A stretch of DNA of 64,000 nucleotides from the human T2T-CHM13v2.0 reference genome, Homo sapiens (GCA_009914755.4 CP068257.2:2336001-2400000); one strand, 5' to 3'; numbered from the stretch's first letter, positions 1 to 16,765 are shown. Translations and numbers: made by a program. Notes: generated by a model from the letters alone, not told the origin.

Positions 1-2345
<2,345 letters not shown>

Positions 2346-2660
2346 AGAGTGGGACCCCTGAACCTGACCCTGACCCCTGACCCTGATCCCTAACCCCTGA
2401 TCCTGACCCCTAACCCCTGACCCTAACCCTAACCCCTAACCCTAACCCTTAACCGTAAACCCTAAGCCTAACCCCTAACCACAACCCTCACCCTCACACT
2501 AATCCAACCCTAACCCCTTATCCCTAACCCCTAACCTCTCCTAACCTCTAACTCTAAACGTTGACTCTTAACTCTTAACTCTGACCCCAACCCCTATCTC
2601 CAACCCCTAACCCTAAACTTAACCCCTAACCCCTAACCCTAACACCAACCTTAACCCTAG
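2346..2660 (-). repeat. Degenerate interstitial telomeric repeat. It reads (CCCTAA)n/(CCCTGA)n with variants on the + strand, which is TTAGGG on the minus strand.
   Basis: Hexamer runs cctgaccctgacccctgaccctgatccctaacccctaaccctaacccctaaccctaa that become more degenerate toward 2660. It abuts the truncated L1 directly at 2345/2346. Confidence 0.9.
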
Positions 2661-3079
2661 GTTCGTTACTACGTTTGTACTATGCCAATGTTGATTATTA
2701 TGATCTCTGTCTTAGGACTGCATGGCAGCAAGGGGATTGCGGAACTTATATTAATATTTTTGTATTGAGGCAGTGCATTAGCATTACAGGTGCTTGTTAC
2801 ATGAGCAATGGGGGTGTCATATTTTGGGTGTCATGTCTGCATTAGGAATGCTGCATTTGTCTTCCGAGGCTGCGGTGTGGATCTCGCACTGCAGCCGCTT
2901 CGGCTTGGCTGGGGAGAACCTCGGTGGGCGGGATTCAGAGGGACTTTTGGTTTCCCTTTTCCACACTGAGCCCTTCTAACTGGTCTCTGACCCTGATTAT
3001 TCAGGGCTGCAAAAGGGAAGGATTTTATTCACCGTCTATGCGGTCCCGAGTTGTCCCAAAGCGAGGCAGTGCCCCAAAG
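2661..3079. other. TAR1-like subtelomeric spacer lying between the telomeric repeat and the CpG-rich minisatellites
   Basis: Non-repetitive segment that becomes CpG-rich toward 2880-3079. Its position relative to the telomere repeat and to the 46/29-bp repeats mirrors canonical subtelomere ends. No direct match could be verified without a search. Confidence 0.35.
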
Positions 3080-3300
3080 GTCTGTGCTGAGGAGAACTCT
3101 GCTCTGCCTTAGCGGTGTCCCCCGGGTCTGTGCTGAGCAGAACGCAGCTCCGCCCTCGCGGAGCCCCCGGCCCGCCTGGGTCTGTGCTGAGGAGAACACT
3201 GCTCCGCCTTCGCTGTATCTCTGAAGTCTGTGCAGAGGAGAACTCACCTCCGCCCTGGCGATGCTCTCCTTGTCTGTGCTGGGAAGAACGCAGCTCCGCC
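3080..3300. repeat. ~46-bp subtelomeric tandem repeat, 5 copies. It belongs to the family of the so-called 37-bp repeat of the TERRA promoter region.
   Basis: Five successive units begin ctgtgctgaggagaac....ctccgcc (3082, 3128, 3182, 3228, 3274). From memory, the same motif immediately follows the (CCCTAA)n tract at several reference chromosome ends. Confidence 0.75.
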
Positions 3301-3458
3301 CTCGCAAAGGCGCACAGCGCCGGCGCAGGCGCAGAGAGGCCTACAGCGCTGGCGAAAGGCGCAGAGAGACCCATAGCGCCGGCGCAGGCGCAGAGAGGCC
3401 CACAGCGCCGGCGCAGGCGCAGAGAGGCCCACAGCGCCGGCGCAGGCGCAGAGAGGCA

Positions 3459-3460
<2 letters not shown>
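3300..3460. repeat. 29-bp CpG-rich subtelomeric tandem repeat, ~5-6 copies
   Basis: Repeated unit ggcgcaggcgcagagaggcccacagcgcc, exactly 29 bp, at 3333-3458. Confidence 0.85.
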
Positions 3461-6783
<3,323 letters not shown>

Positions 6784-7036
6784 CCTGAGGGTTTGAGACA
6801 GAATGAGGAGTGACTAATGTCTACAGGGTCTTTCTCTGGTCGGGGGTGATAAGACGTTCTACAATGGATTGCGAATGAAAATTGAATGTGCACAATCACA
6901 GGTATACTAAAAGCCACTCAATTCATGACTTTTACTGGGGGAATCTTATGTGGCGCAGTCTCATGGAGACCACGGCAGACATAGTGAGAGAGAAAAAGGT
7001 GAGTAAATATCTGAAACGGAGGCAGAAACAGAGAGA

Positions 7037-7486
7037 ATGAAAAGCCCTGTGAATGGAAGGGAGAGCGAAAAGGGAAAATGGTCCTATTTACAAATGACAG
7101 ATGTGAAACTGGGGTTCACATCAACAGTGTCACTGCCAGGAAGGAGGGTCATGCTAGCCATGTCACCGGTAGTGTGGCCCGCAGGGACGCCGACCTGCTG
7201 GAGAGTCGTGCCAGCATGGGCTGTGGCAACCACGTGGGTCAGCAGGGGGTTCCCGCTGCACAGCTGTGGGGTGAGGATAGACTGGGTGGTGATATCGGCC
7301 ATTACAGGGGCCTCTTCTGCTGGCAAGAGTGTGACAGTAGCAAGTAGATGGACAGGCCTGCGTGTGAGGACGGAATGCAGGAGGGGTTCTTGTGCGGTTG
7401 GTTGTGGGGCCCTCACGGGAACCGTGGAGAAATGGCCAGGTAACTGCGTCATGTGGGCTAGTAGATTGGCCAGGGCTTCGAACTGA
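7037..7486 (+). CDS. Conserved 149-aa ORF in the unit head, antiparallel to and overlapping the C-terminal end of the minus-strand ORF. It is very likely non-coding. Copies lie at 13319..13768, 19781..20230, 26502..26951 and 33196..33645.
   Basis: All five copies begin MKSPVNGRESEKGKWSYLQMTDVKLGF and differ by 1-5 amino acids. No homology is recognised. The GC-rich context makes chance ORFs likely. Confidence 0.1.
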   Translation: MKSPVNGRESEKGKWSYLQMTDVKLGFTSTVSLPGRRVMLAMSPVVWPAGTPTCWRVVPAWAVATTWVSRGFPLHSCGVRIDWVVISAITGASSAGKSVTVASRWTGLRVRTECRRGSCAVGCGALTGTVEKWPGNCVMWASRLARASN

Positions 7487-10144
7487 AGGACGATAACGGG
7501 GAGTAGCTGTCAGGCCCTGGGAGTGCCTGAGTGTAAGTGGAGATGGGTTTGGGGTCACTGAGGGATGCGTGGGAGCCATCCCTGTATAGGTACAGGTCAT
7601 AGGGAGATAGTCTCGTGAGGCCTGTGAGTGTCTAGGGTTGTCCTGGGTACCTGGGGCTGACTGTGGCAGAAATCTGGGGAAGGCTGGAGAGAAGCTGGGA
7701 GACCCAGGAGAGTCCCTGAAGGCAGGGGGTGAAGAGGTGAAAGAAATGGGGGAGGGTTGCAGTAAGGTCCGTGAGTTTGTAGGTGATTCCTGGGTGCGGG
7801 AAGCTGACTCCAGGTGAAATCTAGAGATGGTTGGAGAGTAGCTGAGAGAGACAGAAGAGTCCCTGAGGGCTGGGGGTGAGAACATGAGGGAGACGGGGGA
7901 GTAAGTCAGTGAAATTCGTGAGTTCGGTGGTGTATCGTGGGTGCCTGGAACTGACTCCAGCTGGAATCTAGAGAAGTTTTGAGAGTAGCTGAAAGAGACA
8001 CAAGAGTCCCTGTGGGCTGATGGCAAAGACCTGAGAGAGACCAGGGAGGACCTCAGTGAAGTCTGTGAGTCTGTAGGTGATTCCGGAGTGTGGGAGGCTG
8101 ACTCCCGCTGAAATCTGGGCGTGGTGGGAGAGTAGCTGGGACAGACAGGAGAGTCCCAGGGGGCTGGGGGTGAAGACATGAGAGAGACTGGGGAGTAACT
8201 CAGTGAAATTGCTGAGTTGGTTGGTGATACCTGGGTGCCTGGAACTGACCCCCGCTGAAATCTGGGCATGGTTGGAGAGTAGCTGGGACGCACAGGAGAG
8301 TCCCTGAGGGCTGGGGGTGAAGACATGAGCGAGACCGGGGAGTAACTGAGTGAAACTGATGACTTTGGTGGTGACTCCGGGGTGCCTGGAACTGACTCCA
8401 GCTGAAATGTGGGCGTGGTTGGAGAGTAGCTGGGACAGACAGGAGAGTCCCTGAGGACTGGTGAAGACATGAGAGAGACTGGAGAGTAATTGAGTGAAAT
8501 TGGTGAGTTTGGTGGTGATTCCTGGGTGCCTGGAACTGACTCCCGCTGAAGTGTGGGCGTGGTTGGAGAGTAGCTGGGACACACAGGAGAGTCCCTGAGG
8601 GTTGGAGATAAAGACGTGCTAGAGACTGAGGAGTAACTGAGTGAAATTGGTGAGTTTGGTGGTGATTCCGGGGTGCCTGGAACGGACTCCAGCTGAAATG
8701 TGGGCGTGGTTGGAGAGTAGCTGGGACAGACGGGAGAGTCCCTGAGGGATGGTGAAGACATGAGAGAGACTGGGGAGTAACGCAGTGAAATTGGTGAGTT
8801 TGGTGGTGATTTCTGGGTGCCTGCAACGGACTCCCGCTGAAGTGTGGGCGTGCTTGGAGAGTAGCTGGGACAGACAGGCGAGTCCCTGAGGGTTGGAGAT
8901 AAAGACGTGCTGGAGACTGGGGAGTAACTCAGTGAAAGTGGTGGGCTTGTTGGTGATCCCAGGGTTCCTGGAACTGACCCGCGCTGAAATGTGGGCGTGG
9001 TTGGAGAGTAGCTGGGACAGACTGGAGGGTCCGTAAGGGCTGGGGGTGAAGACGTGAGAGAGACTGGCGAGGATCTCACTGAGGTCTGTGAGTTTGTAGG
9101 TGTTTCTGGGGTGTGGGGTACAGACTCCCGCTGAAATCTGGGCGTAGTTGGAGAGTAGCTGGGACAGACAGGAGAGTCATGGGTGGCTGGGGGTGAGCTG
9201 CTGGATGATGGCAGTAAGAACATATGGTACATTATTGATGAATGAGGTGACTGTGAAGAATCTCCAGAGGAGGACACGGGAGAACACAATGACATGAGTG
9301 ACTGTCCTGCTTGGTTAGGAAAGGGAAACGTAAAGTTGTGGAATTCTGTTGATGATGGATGTGAGAGTGGCGAAGCCCTGCGGGATGATGTAGAGGACTT
9401 CCACATCCCTGGTGAGGAGCTGCCCCTAGGGTCTGAGTTTCTGGGAGGGGAGAGGGAGAAGCTGGGTGAGGCAGGCAGGAATCTTGAGGAGTCAGGGCTG
9501 GGGGACCGCTCATATTCTCCCGAGACCTGTGAGTCTCTGGGGGACTCCTGGGTGCATGGGGCTGACTCCCGCAGGAACCTGGGGATGGCTGGAGAGTAAC
9601 TGGGAGCCACAGGAGGGTCCCTGAGGCCTGGGGGTGAAGAGATGCAAGACACAGGGGTGGAGCAGCGTGAGGCTCGTGAGTTTGTAGGTGATTCCTGGGT
9701 GTGGGGGGCTGACTCCAGCTGAAATCTGGGGTTGTTTGGAGAGTAGCTGGGAGACACAGGAGACCCCCCGAGAGCTGGGGGTGAGCTGCTGGGTGATGGC
9801 AGTAAGAACTTGTGGTATATTATTGATGAACGTGGGGACTCTGAGGAGTCCTCAGAGGAGGACACGGCAGAGCCCAATGGCTTCATTGATTGCCCATCAC
9901 GGTGAGGACAGGGAAATGGGAGCTTGTGGGATTCTGGTGATGACAGAGGTGAGTGTGGTGAAGCCCTAGGGGATGGTGAATGGTAGTTCCGGATCCCTGG
10001 TGAGGAGCTTCCCCTTAAGCCGGAGTTTCTGAGAGGGGAGAGGGAGAAGCTGGGTGAGGCTCGCATGGACCTTGGGGTGTCCGTGCTGGGGGACCGTTCA
10101 TAAGAAGAGCCAGACAAGAACCTACTGTTCTTAGGTGCAGACAT
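7163..10144 (-). CDS. Candidate ORF of 993 aa encoding a Ser/Pro/Thr-rich protein with 47-aa repeats. Product is hypothetical. It may be a stop-codon-poor compositional artefact.
   Basis: ATG at 10144 with A at position -3. The ORF runs through the ~575-bp block, the whole 141-bp VNTR and into the unit head. It begins MSAPKNSR.LSGSSYERSPSTDTPRSMRASPSF... and contains tandem SPVCPSYSPTTPTFQLESVPGTPESPP... repeats. No domain is recognised. Confidence 0.25.
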   Translation of the reverse strand: MSAPKNSRFLSGSSYERSPSTDTPRSMRASPSFSLSPLRNSGLRGSSSPGIRNYHSPSPRASPHSPLSSPESHKLPFPCPHRDGQSMKPLGSAVSSSEDSSESPRSSIIYHKFLLPSPSSSPPALGGSPVSPSYSPNNPRFQLESAPHTQESPTNSRASRCSTPVSCISSPPGLRDPPVAPSYSPAIPRFLRESAPCTQESPRDSQVSGEYERSPSPDSSRFLPASPSFSLSPPRNSDPRGSSSPGMWKSSTSSRRASPLSHPSSTEFHNFTFPFPNQAGQSLMSLCSPVSSSGDSSQSPHSSIMYHMFLLPSSSSSPPATHDSPVCPSYSPTTPRFQRESVPHTPETPTNSQTSVRSSPVSLTSSPPALTDPPVCPSYSPTTPTFQRGSVPGTLGSPTSPPLSLSYSPVSSTSLSPTLRDSPVCPSYSPSTPTLQRESVAGTQKSPPNSPISLRYSPVSLMSSPSLRDSPVCPSYSPTTPTFQLESVPGTPESPPNSPISLSYSSVSSTSLSPTLRDSPVCPSYSPTTPTLQRESVPGTQESPPNSPISLNYSPVSLMSSPVLRDSPVCPSYSPTTPTFQLESVPGTPESPPKSSVSLSYSPVSLMSSPPALRDSPVRPSYSPTMPRFQRGSVPGTQVSPTNSAISLSYSPVSLMSSPPAPWDSPVCPSYSPTTPRFQRESASHTPESPTDSQTSLRSSLVSLRSLPSAHRDSCVSFSYSQNFSRFQLESVPGTHDTPPNSRISLTYSPVSLMFSPPALRDSSVSLSYSPTISRFHLESASRTQESPTNSRTLLQPSPISFTSSPPAFRDSPGSPSFSPAFPRFLPQSAPGTQDNPRHSQASRDYLPMTCTYTGMAPTHPSVTPNPSPLTLRHSQGLTATPRYRPSVRSPGQSTSPHDAVTWPFLHGSREGPTTNRTRTPPAFRPHTQACPSTCYCHTLASRRGPCNGRYHHPVYPHPTAVQREPPADPRGCHSPCWHDSPAGRRPCGPHYR
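7620..9188. repeat. Nested 141-bp VNTR of unit A, ~11 copies
   Basis: The landmark g.gagagtagctgg.a.agac recurs about every 141-144 bp (7808, 7983, 8120, 8276, 8418, 8558, 8700, 8842, 8999, 9140). 141 bp equals 47 codons. Confidence 0.85.
9189..10110. repeat. ~575-bp higher-order block present ~1.6 times in unit A. Equivalent blocks lie at 15615-16540, 22368-23300 and 29089-30020, and a partial one at 35347-35997.
   Basis: The segment beginning gtgagctgctgg.tgatggcagtaagaaca.atggta.attattga.gaa.g.gg.gact repeats after ~575 bp (9189 and 9785 in unit A). It contains diverged copies of the 141-bp unit. Confidence 0.75.
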
Positions 10145-10204
10145 GATTAGGAAACCTGCAGCTCTCAGGGGCCCCCACTAATGTTCTAACTCGCAGAAGG
10201 AAGG

Positions 10205-10337
10205 AGTGTGTGTGCGTGTGTGCGTGTGCGTGTGTGTGTGTGTGTGTTTGTGTGTGTGCGGTGTGAGGTATGTGCCCCTTAAGAAAATGGAAATCAACCA
10301 ACCAATGGGAGAGACAGACAGACAGACAGACAGAGAT
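10205..10337. repeat. (GT)n/(GTGC)n microsatellite followed by (CAGA)n, in unit A
   Basis: gtgtgtgtgcgtgtgtgcgtgtgcgtgtgtgtgtgtgtgtgtttgtgtgtgtg, then gacagacagacagacagacagag. Confidence 0.95.
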
Positions 10338-10439
10338 TCACTTGCCCAAGTGTTCTGTCCTGTCCTCTGAATCCGCTTCCAAGTCGCAAGACGCTGTGAG
10401 CTCCAAGTCCACGCAGAGTCCGCCAAACGCTCCGGCCGC

Positions 10440-10560
10440 TGATCCGCTCCGCGAAGATCTGAGTACAGGCCAGCCAGGGTGGGTTTAAATAGCCTCGGGC
10501 GCAGCCTAGCAGCGGAAAGGGCGGAGCTTCACTCCTCCTTTCCATCAGTCACCCCCAACT
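10440..10560 (-). promoter_or_regulatory. TATA-box plus GC-box promoter-like element. Read on the minus strand it is CCGCCC...TATTTAAA and faces the start of the long minus-strand ORF.
   Basis: tttaaata at 10484-10491 and gggcgg at 10519-10524 on the + strand. CpG-rich flanks. An inverted CCAAT (ccattgg) lies at ~10300. Function is inferred from motifs only. Confidence 0.25.
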
Positions 10561-11744
10561 TTCCCAGGCTACACCTCGTAGGAAACTGTTCTCCTGCTTT
10601 GATTTCATGCGCCACCTTTGGGACAATCTAAGAACTTACAGGTTTTCTTGGCCAGATTTATTAGGAATTGTATGCACTGAAACACTGAAAACCAACTAGT
10701 GGTTCTGTGCTTCCCAAGTTGTGGTTTTGACACCAGCAGCATCCTTGCCACAATCAAACCCCGGAGATCCGCAGATCTGTGTTGTAACAAGACCTCCCCC
10801 TGACCCTGATGCATGGCAGTTGAAGAAGTCTTTCCGTGTAAGCGAAAAGACTTTGAAGAAAAGGTGGAGATATGCGTTGTATAAACATTCTTTTGCTCTG
10901 GAACCACGTAGAGACTTGGGAGCCAGTTGGGTGGAGCATTCGTTGGATGAGGGTGCTCGGGTGAGGAATATCAAGGTGTTTCTCCAGATAATCCAATCAT
11001 CTAATTAAGATTCCAGTTATGCTCATCTGTTTTAAAATTCCGTTTGGGTAAATTCTTTTAGTCAGACTGAGAATGGCAAAGCCTCAACCCCAATTTCCAA
11101 GGAGGGTGGAGAGCCTCAGGTGGAGTTGATCACCAATAGCCTATGGTTTAACCCATCATGCCTATAGAATGAGGTCTCCATCAAAACCCAAAAGGACTGG
11201 GTTCAGAGAGCTTCTGGATAACACTTCCTGGAAGGTAGTGCGCCCCTCCCCGCATGCCGGGCCCCACATTTATTTCTGAACTTTGTGCAATGTCCGCTAA
11301 AATACAACGGCAAATGTAAGTGTTTCCCTGCGTGCTGTGAGCTCTTCCAGCAAATGAATGCAACTAAATCTGGGAGTGGTGGCAACCTGATTTATAGCCA
11401 GTTGCTGAGAAGCACAGGTAAAACAACGTAGGGCTTCCCATTGTTATTGGTGTGGGAGGCCTGTCTGGCGGGACTCGGCCCTTTGGAATCTACTGCTATG
11501 TCCCGGTAGATAGCGTCACCATTGAATTAGAAGACACACATATGTGGAGAATAATCTTTCTGGTCATTTACTGCATGTCATATTTACAATATGTAATCAA
11601 ATTCTTTATCCTGACCTTATGGCACCTGGGTTTAGGACCATGATTTGAACCAAACGTTGGTCTGTCACTTTCTGAGTTTGAAACTTTATTTTGCCTTTAG
11701 CGTTTTGCTATTGCTTTTTCGTTTTCTTTTGTTTCGTTTCGTTT

Positions 11745-12030
11745 CCAAGTTGTGGGGTATATGTGCAGGATGTGCAGATTTGTTACTAAGGTAAACGTGT
11801 GCCATGGTGGTTTGCTGCACCTGTCAACCCGTCACCTAGGTATTAAGCCCAGCATGCAGTAGCTGTTTTTCTTAACGCTCTGCCTCCCGAAAGGCCCCAG
11901 TGTGTGTTGTTCCCCTTCCTGTGTCCATGGGATCTCACTTTTCAGCTCCCATTATAAGTGAGAAGGTGGCGTTTGGTTTTCTTTCCCAGGATTAGTTTGC
12001 TGACGATAATGACCACACATCACCACTGTT
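11745..12030 (-). mobile_element. Ancient L1 3'-end fragment in antisense orientation, embedded in every macrosatellite unit. Other copies lie at 18180-18460, 24930-25215 and 31652-31935.
   Basis: tctggggtatatgtgcaggatgtgcagatttgttactaaggtaaacgtgtgccatggtggtttgctgcacc...gtgtccatgggatctcacttttcagctcccattataagtgagaa...attagtttgctgacgataatg is the reverse complement of the conserved L1 ORF2-end / 3'UTR sequence. Confidence 0.75.
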
Positions 12031-12767
12031 TTTGTTTTTTAGTATAAAGAGTAGTATTTTATTGAATAAGATTTGCTCACAGAAAAATAAGCTTAAATCT
12101 ACAATGAATGCCAGACCCTACAGCAGAAAGCAATTTTCTCACTTTTCCACACACAATGGTTCCTACTAAGTGAAAAAAAAGCCATAAAATTTCATTCACA
12201 AATGTACTACTCTGTCTCAAAACATCTCACGTAATCATGCACTGTACTAAAGCCATCAGATCAGTTCTTCAGTCAGGTTAAAGAAGTATCCCTCTAATAA
12301 CTGACTTTTATAATGCTATCAATATCCACTCCCAATCAGTCTGCCATTGTTAATGGTGTACAGCATTACTGAATACAACGGAATTGATGACGCCCATATC
12401 CACAGACAAACCGTGACTTATGATGGTTTGACTTATGATTTTTCAACGTTATGATGGGTTTATTGGAATATTAGATTCGTTTCTGAGTTACACTGGGTTT
12501 ATGAGTATGCGACCCTACACTCCAGAAACAGCTGTATAAGGAAAAACAGGAGTACCTAATAAAAATATGCTTAGTGACTTGGGATAAACCAATAGATGTT
12601 CACAAGTGATGGAGAGCCGTGAAAGAGAGATAGCGGTAAATAGTTACAATAACACAATTTTCCTGCACCTGTCGAGGATTTCCCCCAAAAAACGCAGAAT
12701 GTGGGATGCACCTAAGGCATATGAAAGAGAGAGGGCAGAAGGAGTAAGAGAGAAATAGGAGGAAGGA

Positions 12768-12850
12768 AGGAAGGAAAGAAGGAAGGAAGGAAGGAAGGAA
12801 GGAAGGAAGGAAGGAAGGAAGGAAGGAAAGAAGGATGAAAGGAAGGAGAA
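12768..12850. repeat. (GGAA)n microsatellite in unit A. Other copies, of variable length, lie at 19189-19310, 25943-26030 and 32664-32800.
   Basis: ggaaggaaggaaggaaagaaggaagg... The tract length differs between units: ~83, ~120, ~88 and ~135 bp. Confidence 0.95.
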
Positions 12851-13573
12851 AACACCGGTGTTACTAAAACCCCCCAAAAAATGGTTTCCCCCTGTGGGTA
12901 AGCCTACAATGTGGATGAATCTTGAAAATATTGTGCTACGTGTTATGTCAGTCATAGCAGCTCACCTATTGTGCAATTCCGTTTATAGGAAATGTCCACA
13001 ATATGGAAATCTATGCATATGGGATTGATCGCACTAGGTAGTTGCTACCTAGGGCTGAGGGTCAGGGAGAGGGTTTGAGACAGAATGAGGAGTGACTAAT
13101 GTCTACAGGGTCTTTCTCTGGTCGGGGGTGATAAGACGTTTTACAATGGATTGCGAATTAAAATTGAATGTGCACAACCACAGGTATACTAAAAGCCACT
13201 CAATTCATGACCTTTAATGGGGGAATCTTACGTGGCGTAGTCTCATGGAGACCACGGCAGACATAGTGAGAGAGAAAAAGGTGAGTAAATATCTGAAACG
13301 GAGGCAGAAACAGAGAGAATGAAAAGCCCTGTGAATGGAAGGGAGAGCGAAAAGGGAAAATGGTCCTATTTACAAATGACAGATGTGAAACTGGGGTTCA
13401 CATCAACAGTGTCACTGCCAGGAAGGAGGGTCATGCTAGCCATGTCACCGGTAGTGTGGCCCGCAGGGACGCCGACCTGCTGGAGCGTCGTGCCAGCATG
13501 GGCTGTGGCAACCACGTGGGCCAGCAGGAGGTTCCCTCTGCACAGCTGTGGGGTGAGGATAGACTGGGTGGTG

Positions 13574-16570
13574 CTATCGGCCATTACAGGGGCCTCTTCT
13601 GCTGGCAAGAGTGTGACAGTAGCAAGTAGATGGACAGGCCTGCGTGTGAGGACGGAATGCAGGAGGGGTTCTTGTGCGCCTGGGTGTGGGGCCCTCACGG
13701 GAACCGTGGAGAAATGGCCAGGTAACTGCGTCATGTGGGCTAGTAGATTGGCCAGGGCTTCGAACTGAAGGACGATAATGGGGAGTAGCTGTCAGGCCCT
13801 GGGAGTGCCTGAGTGTAAGTGGAGATGGGTTTGGGGTCACTGAGGGATGCGTGGGAGCCATCCCTGTATAGGTACAGGTCATAGGGAGATAGTCTCGTGA
13901 GGCCTGTGAGTGTCTAGGGTTGTCCTGGGTGCCTGGGGCTGACTGTGGCAGAAATCTGGGGAAGGCTGGAGAGAAGCTGGGAGACCCAGGAGAGTCCCTG
14001 AAGGCAGGGGGTGAAGAGGTGAAAGAAATGGGGGAGGGTTGCAGTAAGGTCCGTGAGTTTGTAGGTGATTCCTGGGTGCGGGAAGCTGACTCCAGGTGAA
14101 ATCTGGAGATGGTTGGAGAGTAGCTGAGAGAGACAGAAGAGTCCCTGAGGGCTGGGGGTGAGAACAGGAGGGAGACGGGGGAGTAAGTCAGTGAAATTCG
14201 TGAGTTCGGTGGTGTATCGTGGGTGCCTGGAACTGACTCCAGCTGGAATCTAGAGAAGTTTTGAGAGTAGCTGAAGGAGACACAAGAGTCCCTGTGGGCT
14301 GAGGGCAAAGACCTGAGAGAGACCAGGGAGGACCTCAGTGAAGTCTGTGAGTCTGTAGGTGATTCCGGAGTGTGGGAGGCTGACTCCCGTTGAAATCTGG
14401 GCGTGGTGGGAGAGTAGCTGGGACAGACAGGAGAGTCCCAGGGGGCTGGGGGTGAAGACATGAGAGAGACTGGGGAGTAACTCAGTGAAATTGCTGAGTT
14501 GGTTGGTGATACCTGGGTGCCTGGAACTGACCCCCGCTGAAATCTGGGCATGGTTGGAGAGTAGCTGGGACGCACAGGAGAGTGTCTGAGGGCTGGGGGT
14601 GAAGACATGAGCGAGACCGGGGAGTAACTGAGTGAAACTGATGATTTTGGTGGTGACTCCGGGGTGCCTGGAACTGACTCCAGCTGAAATGTGGGCGTGG
14701 TTGGAGAGTAGCTGGGACAGACAGGAGAGTCCCTGAGGACTGGTGAAGACATGAGAGAGACTGGAGAGTAATTGAGTGAAATTGGTGAGTTTGGTGGTGA
14801 TTCCGGGGTGCCTGGAACTGACTCCAGCTGAAATGTGGGCGTGGTTGGAGAGTAGCTGGGACAGACGGGAGAGTCCCTGAGGGATGGTGAAGACATGAGA
14901 GAGACTGGGGAGTAACGCAGTGAAATTGGTGAGTTTGGTGGTGATTTCTGGGTGCCTGCAACGGACTCCCGCTGAAGTGTGGGCGTGCTTGGAGAGTAGC
15001 TGGGACAGACAGGCGAGTCCCTGAGGGTTGGAGATAAAGACGTGCTAGAGACTGAGGAGTAACTGAGTGAAGTTGGTGAGTTTGGTGGTGATTCCGGGGT
15101 GCCTGGAACGGACTCCAGCTGAAATGTGGGCGTGGTTGGAGATTATCTGGGACAGACGGGAGAGTCCCTGAGGGATGGTGAAGACATGAGAGAGACTGGG
15201 GAGTAACGCAGTGAAATTGGTGAGTTTGGTGGTGATTTCTGGGTGCCTGCAACGGACTCCCGCTGAAGTGTGGGCGTGCTTGGAGAGTAGCTGGGACAGA
15301 CAGGCGAGTCCCTGAGGGTTGGAGATAAAGACGTGCTGGAGACTGGGGAGTAACTCAGTGAAAGTGGTGGGCTTGGTGGTGATCCCAGGGTTCCTGGAAC
15401 TGACCCGCGCTGAAATGTGGGCGTGGTTGGAGAGTAGCTGGGACAGACTGGAGGGTCCGTAAGGGCTGGGGGTGAAGACGTGAGAGAGACTGGCGAGGAT
15501 CTCTCTGAGGTCTGTGAGTTTGTAGGTGTTTCTGGGGTGTGGGGTACAGACTCCCGCTGAAATCTGGGCGTAGTTGGAGAGTAGCTGGGACAGACAGGAG
15601 AGTCATGGGTGGCTGGGGGTGAGCTGCTGGATGATGGCAGTAAGAACATATGGTACATTATTGATGAATGAGGTGACTGTGAAGAATCTCCAGAGGAGGA
15701 CACGGGAGAACACAATGACATGAGTGACTGTCCTGCTTGGTTAGGAAAGGGAAACGTAAAGTTGTGGAATTCTGTTGATGATGGATGTGAGAGTGGTGAA
15801 GCCCTGCGGGATGATGTAGAGGACTTCCACATCCCTGGTGAGGAGCTGCCCCTTGGGTCTGAGTTTCTGGGAGGGGAGAGGGAGAAGCTGGGTGAGGCAG
15901 GCATGAATCTTGAGGAGTCAGGGCTGGGGGACCGCTCATATTCTCCCGAGACCTGTGAGTCTCTGGGGGACTCCTGGGTGCATGGGGCTGACTCCCGCAG
16001 GAACCTGGGGATGGCTGGAGAGTAACTGGGAGCCACAGGAGGGTCCCTGAGGCCTGGGGGTGAAGAGATGCAAGACACAGGGGTGGAGCAGCGTGAGGCT
16101 CGTGAGTTTGTAGGTGATTCCTGGGTGTGGGGGGCTGACTCCAGCTGAAATCTGGGGTTGTTTGGAGAGTAGCTGGGAGACACAGGAGACCCCCCGAGAG
16201 CTGGGGGTGAGCTGCTGGGTGATGGCAGTAAGAACATGTGGTATATTATTGATGAACGTGGGGACTCTGAGGAGTCCTCAGAGGAGGACACGGCAGAGCC
16301 CAATGGCTTCATTGATTGCCCATCACGGTGAGGACAGGGAAATGGGAGCTTGTGGGATTCTGGTGATGACAGAGGTGAGTGTGGTGAAGCCCTAGGGGAT
16401 GGTGAATGGTAGTTCCGGATCCCTGGTGAGGAGCTTCCCCTTAAGCCTGAGTTTCTGAGAGGGGAGAGGGAGAAGCTGGGTGAGGCTCGCATGGACCTTG
16501 GGGTGTCCGTGCTGGGGGACCGTTCATAAGAAGAGCCAGACAAGACCCTACTGTTCTTAGGTGCAGACAT
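13574..16570 (-). pseudogene. Copy of the same Ser/Pro-rich ORF in unit B, disrupted into 440-aa and 475-aa pieces
   Basis: ORFs 15143..16570 and 13574..14896 are collinear with the intact ORFs of units C and D but are separated by a stop or frameshift near 14900-15140. Confidence 0.25.
13902..15614. repeat. Nested 141-bp VNTR of unit B, ~12 copies
   Basis: Same periodicity as unit A, with one extra repeat. Confidence 0.85.
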
Positions 16571-16632
16571 GATTAGGAAACCTGCAGCTCCCAGGGGCCC
16601 CTACTAATGTTCTAACTCGCAGAAGGAAGGAG

Positions 16633-16645
16633 TGTGTGTGCCTGT

Positions 16646-16677
<32 letters not shown>

Positions 16678-16765
16678 TTGTGTGTGTGCGGTGTGAGGTA
16701 TGGGCCCCTTAAGGAAATGGAAATCAACCAACCAATGGGACAGACAGACAGACAGACAGACAGAG
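16633..16765. repeat. (GT)n followed by (CAGA)n, in unit B
   Basis: Same arrangement as unit A. Confidence 0.95.

Larger units (their letters stand above)
6784..13062. repeat. Macrosatellite unit A (~6.28 kb). It is 5'-truncated relative to the junction with the ~205-bp array.
   Basis: See the array call. The inner VNTR has ~11 copies. Confidence 0.9.

Noticed and set aside
2346-2660. Possibility that the CCCTAA tract is a true chromosome terminus at the edge of an assembly
   Set aside because: The tract is internal to the window, with 2.3 kb of L1/Alu sequence to its left. It is also heavily degenerate (CCCTGA, CCTAAC and CTCTAA variants), which is typical of interstitial rather than terminal arrays.
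7037-7486. A 149-aa plus-strand ORF conserved in all five macrosatellite units
   Set aside because: Its conservation is explained by array homogenisation rather than by selection. It overlaps the C-terminal part of the longer minus-strand ORF, has no recognisable domain and lies in GC-rich sequence. It is listed only as a very low-confidence feature.
10205-10337. GT/CAGA microsatellites considered as possible Z-DNA or regulatory elements of the putative promoter
   Set aside because: They are plausible but generic. (GT)n and (CAGA)n tracts are ubiquitous. With no expression evidence, this is not worth a separate finding beyond the promoter note.
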